NCBI GenBank assembly: GCA_023246755.1
Contig: JAHFHU010000001.1
Coordinates: forward strand, 6,072-70,071
Source of the DNA: Candidatus Magasanikiibacteriota bacterium
GTDB taxonomy: Bacteria > Patescibacteriota > Patescibacteriia > Magasanikbacterales > 2-02-FULL-50-9b
Length of the DNA: 64,000 nucleotides
Reading direction: 5' to 3'
Below, in pieces: positions 11,444-21,630 of the stretch. How positions within the stretch are numbered: position 1 is the stretch's first letter; each line of letters begins with the position of its first letter. Position numbers and translations under genes: made by a program. A model generated the notes under the pieces. It made no database searches, had not been told where the DNA came from, and saw only the letters and a program-made list of their open reading frames with translations.

Positions 11444-13129
11444 ATGAAATCAGCTGAACAGATCAAACCGATTCCATCTCCGGATGCCGGACGAAGCAAA
11501 GACACATCGTCCGCGAATAAAAACAAAGAGATTAAAAATTTAATCTCGAGCGCTGGTTTTACCATCAAAACTCTCGGATCCCGTGTTGGTAAATATTTAG
11601 CTCAAATAAATCAAATTAAAGAGGATAAAAAATTTGCAGATTTTGGCATGAATGCTCCGAACAATGGTCCGCGACCAGAACAGTCGACCATCGATCAAAT
11701 CAAAGCACAAAATGCCGCAAACGAAGCCAAACTACAAGATTTGTTGGATCGCACACACGAAGCATTGCTTGATCAAGTCGAAAGATTAACCGAGCTTGAT
11801 GCACAACTCAATGCTTTAAACGTTGATACATCAGATCCGCGTCGTAATGAATTTGCTCAAAAACGAGAAAAAGCGATGGGGCACCTTGAGGTTGTATCTC
11901 ACGAGATACACGCGCGCCATATCGACTCCGTGCGCGATAAACTTCATGCGCCAAATTTACGACTTATTCCAAAACCAGCAGAAGCGCCTGTTCAACCCCC
12001 TGTTTTTGAAGGTGACAACGCTTCATTCACTGTTGGCCAGTTAAATGAAAAAATGGATGCGGAGGCAAAGAAAACCGTCGCTTTTGATGAGGAGGGCTAC
12101 GAAAAGGAAATGGATGCGGCGCGCATGGCAGAAGTTGCGCCATCAAAACGCGCTGAATTGCTTGCCAAAGCAGACGCGGAAAGTGGTTCTCCGTATGACA
12201 TAGCTCTGAGCGAAAAACTAGCGAAACGAAGCAAATTAACCGAAATGTCGGCGGGAGCACAGGTGCACTTATCCGAATCAAATAGAACATACAAGGAAAC
12301 AAATCCAAACGAGGCAGCGGATGCCGAATGGGATGCACAAATTGTTGAAGCAACTCAGGCCGGAACTGCACAGGAGCAAGCCCGCGAACAAGCAGAAAAA
12401 GCTGAGCGATTAGCACAAGTCGATCTTCCCCAATTTGAAGCAGGTTTGGCTTACGCAGATGCAGAAAATGACTCGCCTTACGCTCGTGCACTCAAAGAAC
12501 AGATAAATCGTCCGAAACAAACCGTTTCAAAATTGAGAAAAACCGTATCAGGAGAACAATCCTTTCATTCAAATTCCGCTGATAAACCGTTCAATGGAGA
12601 ATTTCCGCATGAAAAACTTTTACGCGAGCTTGAACTAGCGAAAAAAGCTCAGCAAGAGGCGGACGCCGGTCTTGAGGAAATTCCGCTTGAAAATGTAACC
12701 GAATTGCCACCAGATGTTCCTGAAAATATTGATTTCACAAAAATGGGCATTGATCTTGATAAGATTCAACAAAGTATTGATTCAGGAGAAATCATGTCGT
12801 TTGAGGAGTTGCAGGAATCTTTAAACAACATGGGTTTACGCAGTCGAATGAACGAACTGCTTCCTGCCGGAGATCACGACAAAAGTCTCGAGAAGATGAT
12901 GGGGAAACGAACACTAGGATTTTTAGGCAAACCAAAATTTGATCGAGAAACCGCGGCACAATTCTTCAAAAAACTTGGCGAACGCGCATTGTCTCAAGGC
13001 GCTGACGAGCGGGCGTTCAATACAGGAGTAGAGTTTAATCCGAATGCAAAGAAAACAAAAAAACTTGGAGACTCATCTCCAATTAATCGTCGACCACCAT
13101 CTTCAACTGATCCAAAGGGGTTGGTTTAA
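11444..13129 (+). CDS. Hypothetical acidic, helical/coiled-coil protein (~561 aa)
   Basis: Long ORF; probable start MKSAEQ at 11444 (the upstream extension overlaps a minus-strand gene); E/K/A/Q-rich. Confidence 0.8.
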   Translation: MKSAEQIKPIPSPDAGRSKDTSSANKNKEIKNLISSAGFTIKTLGSRVGKYLAQINQIKEDKKFADFGMNAPNNGPRPEQSTIDQIKAQNAANEAKLQDLLDRTHEALLDQVERLTELDAQLNALNVDTSDPRRNEFAQKREKAMGHLEVVSHEIHARHIDSVRDKLHAPNLRLIPKPAEAPVQPPVFEGDNASFTVGQLNEKMDAEAKKTVAFDEEGYEKEMDAARMAEVAPSKRAELLAKADAESGSPYDIALSEKLAKRSKLTEMSAGAQVHLSESNRTYKETNPNEAADAEWDAQIVEATQAGTAQEQAREQAEKAERLAQVDLPQFEAGLAYADAENDSPYARALKEQINRPKQTVSKLRKTVSGEQSFHSNSADKPFNGEFPHEKLLRELELAKKAQQEADAGLEEIPLENVTELPPDVPENIDFTKMGIDLDKIQQSIDSGEIMSFEELQESLNNMGLRSRMNELLPAGDHDKSLEKMMGKRTLGFLGKPKFDRETAAQFFKKLGERALSQGADERAFNTGVEFNPNAKKTKKLGDSSPINRRPPSSTDPKGLV

Positions 13130-13149
13130 AAAAACAACCAGTTCGCTTG

Positions 13150-13189
13150 ATTTAAAATTCGCACCCGAAACCGGGTGCGAATTTTAAAT
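13150..13189. terminator. Bidirectional terminator-like hairpin between convergent genes
   Basis: Perfect 18-bp inverted repeat ATTTAAAATTCGCACCCG-AAAC-CGGGTGCGAATTTTAAAT. Confidence 0.8.
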
Positions 13190-14722
13190 GAGCGCGCGGC
13201 CCGTCATCTCTCGCGGTTGCGGGACTCCCATGGCTTGTAAAATTGTTGGCGCAACATCGGCGAGCATGCCGACTGGCTGTACGAGCGAAAGATCGCTGCC
13301 CGTAGCGTCCCCGCCGCCTTCCCAATCTTTGCTAATACAAATAAACGGAATCGCGTTAGTCGAATGTTCTTTGTCTTTGTCGCCCGTGCGAAGATTCACA
13401 ACCTCTTCGCCATTGCCGTGATCCGCGGTGATAAAAATAGCGCCACCCTGTTCGAGAGCCGCGGACACAACGAGACCCATCGCTGCGTCGACCGCTTCAA
13501 CACCGCGTACCGTCGCCGCCATGTCGCCTGTGTGGCCAACCATGTCGGCGTTTGCAAAATTCATGACGATAAAATCATATTTTTTTGATTCGATTGCAGC
13601 GACCGCTTCATGTGCAACTTCGATTGCGGACATTTCCGGCGCTTCGGCGTATGAGGTGACTTTTGGCGACGGCACAATTTTTCGATCCTCACCCAGCCAC
13701 GCATCCTCAATCGTTCCGTTCAAGAAAAAAGTCACGTGCGCATATTTTTCCGTTTCCGCAACATGAAACTGCAACTTACCCGCTTTTGAAATTGTTTCCG
13801 CGAGTGACATTTTGATAACCTCCGGAGGATAACACACGTCAACAGGCAAACCTTTTTCGTATTCGGTCATGGTCGCAAACAAGAGCGGCTCAATTTTCGC
13901 CCGCGCAAATTTATCAAACTCTGGCACGACAAACGCACCCGTGATTTCACGCGCCCGATCGGGACGAAAATTAAAAAACAAAACCGTGTCGCCCGCCTGA
14001 ACTTTTCCGCTCGGGTCTATCGAAACCGGTACAAATTCTTCATCATATATTTTTTCGTCATATGATTTTTGAATCGCCGCAAGTGGATCACCAACGCTCG
14101 GCGCACCATCGGTCATCACGCGATACATTTTTTCCACGCGGTCCCACCGATTGTCCCGATCCATCGCAAAAAAACGCCCGCCCATCGTTGCAATTTTTCC
14201 AACACCAAGCGTCTTCATTTTTCCGAGCAACCGTTCGATAAACATTTTTCCCGAATCAAATTTTGAATCACGACCATCAAGAATCGCGTGAACAAAAACA
14301 TTCGAGAGCCCTTGCGTTTTACAAAATTCGAGAAGTGCATACAGATGCTCATCGCTTCCATGCACATTTCCCGCAGACACAATTCCAAGGAGGTGTAACG
14401 CGCCACCCTTTTTTGCTGCGGCCGCAACTTTTTGCAGCGTCGCATTATTAAAAAAACTTTTATCGGCGATTTCTTTGCTGATGCGAGGAAGCGTTTGATA
14501 ATAAACCCTGCCCGCACCGATATTAAGATGACCGACTTCGGAATTTCCCATCTCGCCCCACGACAATCCAACATCATTACCCGATGCTTTAATGGTCATT
14601 GCGGGATACGTCGCAATCCAACGAGTGAAATTTGGCGTTTTTGCACGCGTAATTGCATTCCCATCGCTGTCCGGCGCAACTCCCCACCCATCATTGATGA
14701 TCAAAACCGTTGGTCGATACAT
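13184..14722 (-). CDS. gpmI: 2,3-bisphosphoglycerate-independent phosphoglycerate mutase
   Basis: DGWG, MGNSEVGH, NFRPDRA, AETEKYAHVTFF, DMVGHTG, TADHGN. Confidence 0.97.
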   Translation of the reverse strand: MYRPTVLIINDGWGVAPDSDGNAITRAKTPNFTRWIATYPAMTIKASGNDVGLSWGEMGNSEVGHLNIGAGRVYYQTLPRISKEIADKSFFNNATLQKVAAAAKKGGALHLLGIVSAGNVHGSDEHLYALLEFCKTQGLSNVFVHAILDGRDSKFDSGKMFIERLLGKMKTLGVGKIATMGGRFFAMDRDNRWDRVEKMYRVMTDGAPSVGDPLAAIQKSYDEKIYDEEFVPVSIDPSGKVQAGDTVLFFNFRPDRAREITGAFVVPEFDKFARAKIEPLLFATMTEYEKGLPVDVCYPPEVIKMSLAETISKAGKLQFHVAETEKYAHVTFFLNGTIEDAWLGEDRKIVPSPKVTSYAEAPEMSAIEVAHEAVAAIESKKYDFIVMNFANADMVGHTGDMAATVRGVEAVDAAMGLVVSAALEQGGAIFITADHGNGEEVVNLRTGDKDKEHSTNAIPFICISKDWEGGGDATGSDLSLVQPVGMLADVAPTILQAMGVPQPREMTGRALI

Positions 14723-14723
14723 A

Positions 14724-15956
14724 TTAATTTTGACCTTCTATTTCCATCACCCGATTATATTTTTCGACGCGCTCGCTTCGCGACAACGAGCCTGATTTCA
14801 AAAATTCAGCACCAACCGCGACCGCAAGATCCGCAATAAACGTATCCGACGTTTCACCGCTTCGATGTGAGACTGAAACCTTGTAATTATTTTTCTGCGC
14901 GAGCACGATCGTATCGATCGTTTCCGACAGTGAACCAATCTGATTAACCTTGATCAAAATCGCGTTCGCAACACGTCGCGAAATTCCCTGCGCGAGCCGC
15001 TCTTTGTTGGTCACAAATAAATCATCCCCCACAAGCGTGACAGTGCGACCAAGTTTCGCCGTAATTTTTTCCCAATGTTCCCAATCATCTTCGTGAAGTG
15101 GATCCTCGACGGACACGAGTGGATATTTTTGTACCCATTCTGTCACCATCTCAATCATCTGATCGCCCGTTTTTTTCTTGCCTTCGAACATATAAAAACC
15201 TTTGTCGAAAAATTCCGATGCAGCAATATCAGTTCCAAGTTTAACATCAACACCCGGCTTAAAACCCGCCTGTTGAATCGCTGACATCAAAACTTGCAAT
15301 GCTTTTTCCGAACTACCAAGACGCGGAGCAAAACCACCTTCGTCACCGACACCCACAGAAAATTTTTCATCCTTCAGAATTTTTTTAAGCGCGGCGAAAA
15401 CCTCTGCGCCCACCCGCACCCGCTCACTCAATTTTTTCTGTTGCGGAATAATCATAAACTCCTGCGTCGACAAACCCGAATCTGCGTGTACGCCACCGTT
15501 GATCACATTCATCGTCGGATACGGAAATCGCGCGCCGGTTTTCAACTTAAAAGTTTTTTGTAAATACTGCCAGAGCGGCACACCCGTTACCACCGCACCT
15601 GCCCGCGCCGCTGCGAGCGAAACGCCCAAAATCGCGTTTGCGCCAAGCTTTGTTTTATTTTTCGTCCCGTCGAGTGCGAGCATCACCGCATCAATCTCGC
15701 GCTGACGACGGACGTCCATACCGATGAGTGCGGGCGCGATTTTTTTCTCAACATTTTTTACGGCCTTCAAAACTCCTTTTCCAGAAAATCGTTTTGCATC
15801 GCCATCGCGAAGCTCAAGCGCTTCATGCGAGCCCGTTGACGCACCGCTCGGCACCGCTGCGCTCACCGTAACTTTTCCAACACTCAAAAAAACTCGAATG
15901 GTCGGATTGCCGCGTGAATCGATAATTTCCTGTGCGTGAACTGCAGTAATTTTCAT
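14724..15956 (-). CDS. eno: Enolase
   Basis: DSRGNPT, VPSGASTG, GDEGGFAP, VGDDL, SHRSGET. Confidence 0.98.
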   Translation of the reverse strand: MKITAVHAQEIIDSRGNPTIRVFLSVGKVTVSAAVPSGASTGSHEALELRDGDAKRFSGKGVLKAVKNVEKKIAPALIGMDVRRQREIDAVMLALDGTKNKTKLGANAILGVSLAAARAGAVVTGVPLWQYLQKTFKLKTGARFPYPTMNVINGGVHADSGLSTQEFMIIPQQKKLSERVRVGAEVFAALKKILKDEKFSVGVGDEGGFAPRLGSSEKALQVLMSAIQQAGFKPGVDVKLGTDIAASEFFDKGFYMFEGKKKTGDQMIEMVTEWVQKYPLVSVEDPLHEDDWEHWEKITAKLGRTVTLVGDDLFVTNKERLAQGISRRVANAILIKVNQIGSLSETIDTIVLAQKNNYKVSVSHRSGETSDTFIADLAVAVGAEFLKSGSLSRSERVEKYNRVMEIEGQN

Positions 15957-15962
15957 ATAATT

Positions 15963-16742
15963 TTAGTCTTCAATTTCAAAGGTGATAAAAACATCTGAGC
16001 GAATGTCGAGTGTCCCCGCTTGAATATTGGGCGCGATATCAGGCGCTGCCCCCGCATTTTCTTTTGTCATCGCTGCATAGGGGCTGTGTGATGGATTGCC
16101 CGTCGTTTCGCTGAAATTAACGACGCCCGCAAGCTCAACCCGAAGTTGCCGCGCAAGCACAGCTGCTTTTTCCTTCGCATCGTTAATCGCTGCCGCTCGT
16201 GCTTCAGATTCTAACTTTTTCGGATCATCAATCGTAAATTCGATTCCACCGATCTGATTTGATCCCGCAGCGGCAGCGGCCGAAAGCACCGCCGAAATCT
16301 TTTGTAGGTCACGAATTTTTACTTCAACATTTTGAGAAATCGTATATCCCGTAATCGTGCTACCCGCTTTTGCATCATACGAATATTTCGGATAACCCTG
16401 ATATTGCGTTGTTTTCAGATCGTCACCCGCGATCCCCAATGTTTTAAGCGCCGCAATCAATTTATTCATCTTCTCCGCATTTTCAGATTGCGCGACGCCC
16501 GGATCTGTTTTGTCAGTCACGAGCCCGATGTTTGTCGTCGCAATATTTGGCGCCGCGGTAATTTTCGCTGTTCCTGAAACAGTAATCGTGTATGGTTGAT
16601 GTGGCGCCTGATCAAGCAAACGAAATTTCCTCAAATTTAAAAATCCCGACGCGACCAAGAAAAAGACGAGCGCTAAACCAACTGCAATTTTAATTCGATG
16701 ATGGCCATGGGTGTTACCCGTGCCGCAAGAACACTGCTGCAT
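15963..16742 (-). CDS. SIMPL (DUF541) domain protein
   Basis: N-terminal TM; TITVSG...P, GY..S..V.V, A...A..KA..LA pattern. Confidence 0.85.
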   Translation of the reverse strand: MQQCSCGTGNTHGHHRIKIAVGLALVFFLVASGFLNLRKFRLLDQAPHQPYTITVSGTAKITAAPNIATTNIGLVTDKTDPGVAQSENAEKMNKLIAALKTLGIAGDDLKTTQYQGYPKYSYDAKAGSTITGYTISQNVEVKIRDLQKISAVLSAAAAAGSNQIGGIEFTIDDPKKLESEARAAAINDAKEKAAVLARQLRVELAGVVNFSETTGNPSHSPYAAMTKENAGAAPDIAPNIQAGTLDIRSDVFITFEIED

Positions 16743-16787
16743 AAATTTTGTAAAAAAAGACTATGCGGCCATTATAGCGCACCTAAT

Positions 16788-17912
16788 CTATTTTTGCTCC
16801 AAAACGTCAACAGCCCACAGCTTGGCGCCGCCCAAAAATGCGAGCATCGCGCCGCCGCCCGTTGAAATATGAGTAAACCCGCGCGACATTTTATTGTGCA
16901 AAATACTCGTAACCGTTTCGCCGCCGCCTGCAACAACACATGCGCCGCCGCGCCCTGCGCGTGCGAGCATCCGCGCGATGCGTTCGGTGCCAAGATGAAA
17001 GGGTTGCTGCTCAAATTTTCCCGCAGGCCCATTCCACAAAATTGTTTTGCTACTCGCCAACATTTCCGAGATCATGATCAGTGTTGCCGGCCCCATATCA
17101 AAATTCGCCTCATTCGCGCCGCATAATTTTTTATTGTCTGCAACCGCAATCGTTCGAAATTTTTTTGCACCCGTAATCGTTCCGATCACCATATCAACCG
17201 GAAGAAAAACAGTATCATGTTTGATAAGCTTGCGCGCCGCACGCACCGACACCGCATCAACGTACGACCCACCCACATCGTAACCCGCAGCAACCAAAAA
17301 CGCATTCGCCGCAGCACCCACGATGAAAATATGTTCGGCCTGTTTCAAAAATTTTGAAATGACCGGAACTTTTGTTTCTATTTTTGCGCCACCGATGATA
17401 AGCGAAATCGGAGCTTCGGCAGCGTCACGCACGCACGAGAGTTCATGTACCTCTTTTTCAAATTGTAGTCCGGCAAAACTTGGCAGAATTTTTGTGATTG
17501 CATGTGTCGACGCATGTTTACGGTGCGCAGTTGCAAACGATTCATTGATAAAAATTTCTTGCCCCTGTGCAAGTTCGCGTGCAAAACTCGAATCATTTTT
17601 TTCCTCGCGCGAATCAAACCGAACGTTGGGTAAAAAATTAAGTTTTGTTTTGAGTTTGTTTTCCAGATATTTTTGAACGGGCGCGAGCGATAATTTTTTA
17701 TCAACGTTCCCCGCTGGCCGCCCGCGATGACCCATCAAAGTTACCACAGCTTTTTTCCCCAACAAAAATTTAAGCGTCGGAAGCGCCGAGTCCAATCGAT
17801 ATGCAGACTCGCCCACGATTTTCCCCGCGGTAACATCAACATCCGAGTCAATCCGAATCAAAACATGCGTGCCTTTCAAAATGGGTGCAGCAACAATGGT
17901 GCGTAATTTCAT
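16788..17912 (-). CDS. pgk: Phosphoglycerate kinase (divergent)
   Basis: GHRGRP, AHRKHAS, IIGGAK, WNGP.GKFE, GGGET, HISTGGGA. Confidence 0.92.
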   Translation of the reverse strand: MKLRTIVAAPILKGTHVLIRIDSDVDVTAGKIVGESAYRLDSALPTLKFLLGKKAVVTLMGHRGRPAGNVDKKLSLAPVQKYLENKLKTKLNFLPNVRFDSREEKNDSSFARELAQGQEIFINESFATAHRKHASTHAITKILPSFAGLQFEKEVHELSCVRDAAEAPISLIIGGAKIETKVPVISKFLKQAEHIFIVGAAANAFLVAAGYDVGGSYVDAVSVRAARKLIKHDTVFLPVDMVIGTITGAKKFRTIAVADNKKLCGANEANFDMGPATLIMISEMLASSKTILWNGPAGKFEQQPFHLGTERIARMLARAGRGGACVVAGGGETVTSILHNKMSRGFTHISTGGGAMLAFLGGAKLWAVDVLEQK

Positions 17913-17973
17913 AGTGCATCTAGTATAAAACAAAACTTGACTTTGTCATACAATGTCGCTACGCTTGAAACAT

Positions 17974-18183
17974 ATGTCAACCAAACAACTCGAGAAACTC
18001 GTTGTTCGTCTCACGCACGATATAGCAACATTGCGTGCTTCCGTTAGAAATATTGAAAAAACACAAAAGAAGCAAGAGCGCTATAAACCAGCATTCGTTA
18101 AAGACGTTTTAACAATTTCAAAAAAATCGAGTGGCACTAAAAAATTTGTACCAGGTAAAAATTTTCGCGAACTGATTTCATAA
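17974..18183 (+). CDS. Small protein, probable (now orphan) antitoxin
   Basis: 69 aa, own TTGACT-N17-TACGCT promoter, directly upstream of a RelE-like remnant. Confidence 0.55.
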   Translation: MSTKQLEKLVVRLTHDIATLRASVRNIEKTQKKQERYKPAFVKDVLTISKKSSGTKKFVPGKNFRELIS

Positions 18184-18194
18184 ATTTCAAAAAT

Positions 18195-18324
18195 ATGGAG
18201 GTACTGTTGGAGGGTGATTTTATCATTTCGCTTGAGTCGGGATTACCGTATTATCTTCAAAATTGAAAGAGCTGAAACAATACGAGTTCTTAAGCTTGGA
18301 CATCGAAAAGAAATTTACGAATAA
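18195..18324 (+). pseudogene. Internally deleted/frameshifted RelE/ParE-family toxin remnant
   Basis: ATG 18195 gives MEVLLEGDF...; a different frame gives SFRLSRDYRIIFKIERAETIRVLKLGHRKEIYE*, a typical RelE C-terminus. Confidence 0.7.
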
Positions 18325-18331
18325 TATTCAT

Positions 18332-19336
18332 TTATTTCGACTTTCCCGCGAGCTCAACCATTTCAATCAACCGATGCGAATACCCCCATTCATTGTCATA
18401 CCACGCGAGAATTTTCACGAGGTCACCATCGATCACCTGCGTAAATTCAAGGTCAACAATCGCACTCGCGGTAGAGCCAACAATGTCATGCGAAACAAGC
18501 CCGCCTTCTGAAACTTCCAAAATTCCTTTCCATCGCTTTTCTTTCGCAGCCGCACGAAGCACTGCATTCACCTCCTCTGTAGACGTTTTCTTTTTTGTAA
18601 TGAACGTAAAATCAGATAACGAGCCGACCGGCGTTGGAACACGAATCGAAATGCCATCAAACAACCCTTTCAACTCGGGAATCGTTTCCGTCACCGCAAT
18701 TGCTGCGCCCGTCGATGTTGGAATCATGTTGAGCGCCGCCGAGCGACCACGACGAAAATCTTTGTGCGGCCCATCAACCAAAGCCTGATCAGCCGTGTAA
18801 GAATGAATCGTTGTCATCGCCGCCTTCGAAACACCAAATGCCGCGTGAATAATTGCCGTCACCGGCGCGACGCAGTTCGTCGTACAACTTGCATTATTTA
18901 AAATTTTTGTTCCGCCCGTCGCCATGTCATTCACACCGCGCACAAATGTTGGAACTCCCCCACCCTTTGCGGGCGCCGACAAAATCGCCTTACGCGCACC
19001 AGCCACGACGTGTTTCATCAACCCTTCCGCATCGGTAAAACGCCCCGTCGATTCAATCGCGACATCAACCCTCATTGCTTTCCACGGCAATTTCTCAGGA
19101 TCCTTCTCAGCAAGCACCGGAATTTTGACACCATCAACCACCAGCATTCCCGACTTCGCGGAAACCTTGTGTGGCCATGCGCCATACACCGAATCATGCG
19201 CCAACAAATATGAAAGCTGCTCAGCACTGCCCAAATCATTGATCGCAACAAATTCAATCTTTTTATTTCCAAATCCCGCTTTAAATACCTGTCGACCGAT
19301 ACGCCCGAAACCATTAATTGCAACACGAATAGCCAT
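18332..19336 (-). CDS. gap: Type I glyceraldehyde-3-phosphate dehydrogenase
   Basis: INGFGRIGR, NASCTTNC, RVPT, WYDNEWGYS. Confidence 0.98.
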   Translation of the reverse strand: MAIRVAINGFGRIGRQVFKAGFGNKKIEFVAINDLGSAEQLSYLLAHDSVYGAWPHKVSAKSGMLVVDGVKIPVLAEKDPEKLPWKAMRVDVAIESTGRFTDAEGLMKHVVAGARKAILSAPAKGGGVPTFVRGVNDMATGGTKILNNASCTTNCVAPVTAIIHAAFGVSKAAMTTIHSYTADQALVDGPHKDFRRGRSAALNMIPTSTGAAIAVTETIPELKGLFDGISIRVPTPVGSLSDFTFITKKKTSTEEVNAVLRAAAKEKRWKGILEVSEGGLVSHDIVGSTASAIVDLEFTQVIDGDLVKILAWYDNEWGYSHRLIEMVELAGKSK

Positions 19337-19390
19337 ATTTTGTGAAATTGATTAAATCAGTATATCACCTTTTCCCTATTGAATAAAAAA

Positions 19391-19424
19391 CAGACCCTTG
19401 CGCTTCCAGTTCGGAAGGGGTCTG
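19391..19424. promoter_or_regulatory. Hairpin in the divergent gap / SLOG-operon intergenic region
   Basis: CAGACCC...CTTCC-AGTTC-GGAAG-GGGTCTG; function unknown. Confidence 0.4.
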
Positions 19425-19468
19425 CCCCCCTTGCAAAACGTGTCAAATTCGTGTTACTGTTTTTGTCT

Positions 19469-20023
19469 ATGGAACAACCACTACGTAAATTACAAATCGG
19501 TGTCATGGGCTCGGCTGCTGACCTTAATTATTCTGACACAATTCAAACGCTCGCATACGATGTTGGTCGTGCCATCGCTGAAAGCGGCAACATCACGGTT
19601 TACGGCGCGGAAAAAGATTATGACTCATTATCAACGGCAGCATCGCGCGGCGCAAAAAGTGTCGGCGGATTAACCGTCGGCGTGACATACGGAAAAGGAA
19701 AAAATATTTGGGACACCGACGGTAACACCGACGTTATCGTTGTGACAGGTATTGAACGCGGCGGCGGACGTGAATTTGTTTTAGTAAACTCATGCGACGC
19801 GATTGTAATTATTTCGGGCGGATCTGGAACGCTCACCGAAACTGCAATCGCCTATCAGATGAACATTCCGATTGTGGCACTTGTTGGAACCGGTGGTTGG
19901 GCTGACAAATTAGCCGACTCGTTCATTGATGCACGCAATCGCGTTAAAGTTGTTGCAGCGCAAACACCCACCGAAGCTGCAGCGATCGCGATTTCGTTAG
20001 CAAAAGAATATGCAGCGCGATAA
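19469..20023 (+). CDS. SLOG/LOG superfamily protein (TIGR00725-like)
   Basis: IGVMGS, GA...GGLTVG, DAIVIISGGSGTLTE...AY, GTGGWAD. Confidence 0.85.
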   Translation: MEQPLRKLQIGVMGSAADLNYSDTIQTLAYDVGRAIAESGNITVYGAEKDYDSLSTAASRGAKSVGGLTVGVTYGKGKNIWDTDGNTDVIVVTGIERGGGREFVLVNSCDAIVIISGGSGTLTETAIAYQMNIPIVALVGTGGWADKLADSFIDARNRVKVVAAQTPTEAAAIAISLAKEYAAR

Positions 20024-20705
20024 AAAAACGCGCGCCAAAAAACAACTGATCATTTTTGACCTTGATGGAACGCTCTACGAATTACATGGCGGATCATACA
20101 AAAAATCACCGCTATGTAAAGCGGTCTTACGCGGTGCGGTTAAATTTATCGCCGCGCGTATGTCAATTTCGCAAGCACGTGCGGTGCGCACGCTCGATAA
20201 AATCATCGAGCGCTATGGCGAACAAATCAGCATCGGACTTGAAAAAGAATTCAAGCTCGATCGCTACGATTATTTTAACACCGTTTGGGATATTCCAGCA
20301 CATGGCATTGTAAAAAATACTGAAAATTCTCGAAAAATTTTACTCGGACTCAAAAAAAATTTTCAGTGCGCGCTTGTGTCTGACGCGCCACATGTTTGGA
20401 TCATGAATGTTTTAAAAGAATTAAATATTACCGATATATTTAAAGACAAAATTTTTTCTGGCGAAGGAAACCAACGCAAAGAATTTAATAATGCGTTTGT
20501 GAATGTTGCACGTACACTCAAAACCTCAACTCATAACTGCATTGTTGTTGGCGATCAAGAAAAAACTGATATCATCCCACCGCGAGCGCTGGGTATGTAC
20601 ACAATTTTTGTGCACCGGACCAAACGTTCACGGGTGGCTGATATTTCTATCAAATCCATTGCCGAATTACAGATGGCGTTGACACAAATTATCCCCCATG
20701 AATAA
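20010..20705 (+). CDS. HAD-family hydrolase (subfamily IA-like)
   Basis: IIFDLDGTLY, VSD, K, VVGDQEKTDI. Confidence 0.88.
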   Translation: MQRDKKTRAKKQLIIFDLDGTLYELHGGSYKKSPLCKAVLRGAVKFIAARMSISQARAVRTLDKIIERYGEQISIGLEKEFKLDRYDYFNTVWDIPAHGIVKNTENSRKILLGLKKNFQCALVSDAPHVWIMNVLKELNITDIFKDKIFSGEGNQRKEFNNAFVNVARTLKTSTHNCIVVGDQEKTDIIPPRALGMYTIFVHRTKRSRVADISIKSIAELQMALTQIIPHE

Positions 20706-21606
20706 GGAATGCCTCATGAACATCGAGAAGATCGAGAAGGAGCTTGATGCAGTTTGCATTGGTTCATATACAGCAGGTCACACAAAATCACAGATTCTCC
20801 GGTTCGTACGCGCGACAGACAACGCAAAACTTGTTGTAAAGTTCGCCCCAACAGACGATTCGGCAGCGTGCGAGGACATCGCTGCGAACCTACATGGATA
20901 TGAAGCAATACGCTCACTTGGTGCACTATCGTTGGAACCGAAAGAGTTGCGCGAACTGACTACCCTAGGCGATACCGGCCGCGCACTCGTTATGATCGAT
21001 CTTGGCACATCAATGTGTGGTGTTGACGGAGGAATCGATGTGGTCAAAGCTCTGTGGAACAATTTCATGCACGTAGTTGAAAAAACCGCAACGGCGAAAC
21101 AGGGCGGCACCCAAATAAACAAGGATGCGCTACCTGAATTTGTCGCCGAAGTATTGCGACATTTCGAACGATTTTCACACAGTGATGTTGCACGACTCGC
21201 AACGCGAATCCGCGCAGCAGACTGGACAAGCAGTTGCTCAAAAAAATCGGCACTCATGCTTCTTGATTTTACACCTGACAACTTGTTTGTGAATAAAGGA
21301 ATACTCTCGTTCATTGATCCATGGAACCAACACACGTATCTTGGTAACCCCGCAGTGAGTATCGGACAATTTATAGAGCTCATGAAAATCTATGAGATGC
21401 GACATGCTGAACAAGCACAAGATTGGCTCAGTGCGCAATGCATCGCAGTATTACCAAAACTACTTGAATGTGATACATCGACAATTGAACGTGCCCTACG
21501 ACTTGGCGCGACCTTGCAACTCGTACTCTCGTCGTACGTTCGTCGTGAATCCAATCAAACACGCGCGGCCGTGTTACACACCGCTGCACACAATCTTTGG
21601 GTGTGA
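20698..21606 (+). CDS. Protein-kinase-like (APH/choline-kinase fold) phosphotransferase
   Basis: LVVKF (Lys), LDFTPDNLFV (DxxxxN catalytic loop), FIDP; alternative start 20716. Confidence 0.6.
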   Translation: MNKECLMNIEKIEKELDAVCIGSYTAGHTKSQILRFVRATDNAKLVVKFAPTDDSAACEDIAANLHGYEAIRSLGALSLEPKELRELTTLGDTGRALVMIDLGTSMCGVDGGIDVVKALWNNFMHVVEKTATAKQGGTQINKDALPEFVAEVLRHFERFSHSDVARLATRIRAADWTSSCSKKSALMLLDFTPDNLFVNKGILSFIDPWNQHTYLGNPAVSIGQFIELMKIYEMRHAEQAQDWLSAQCIAVLPKLLECDTSTIERALRLGATLQLVLSSYVRRESNQTRAAVLHTAAHNLWV

Positions 21607-21630
21607 TAAACTGAGTGCAGGAGGTGAACC

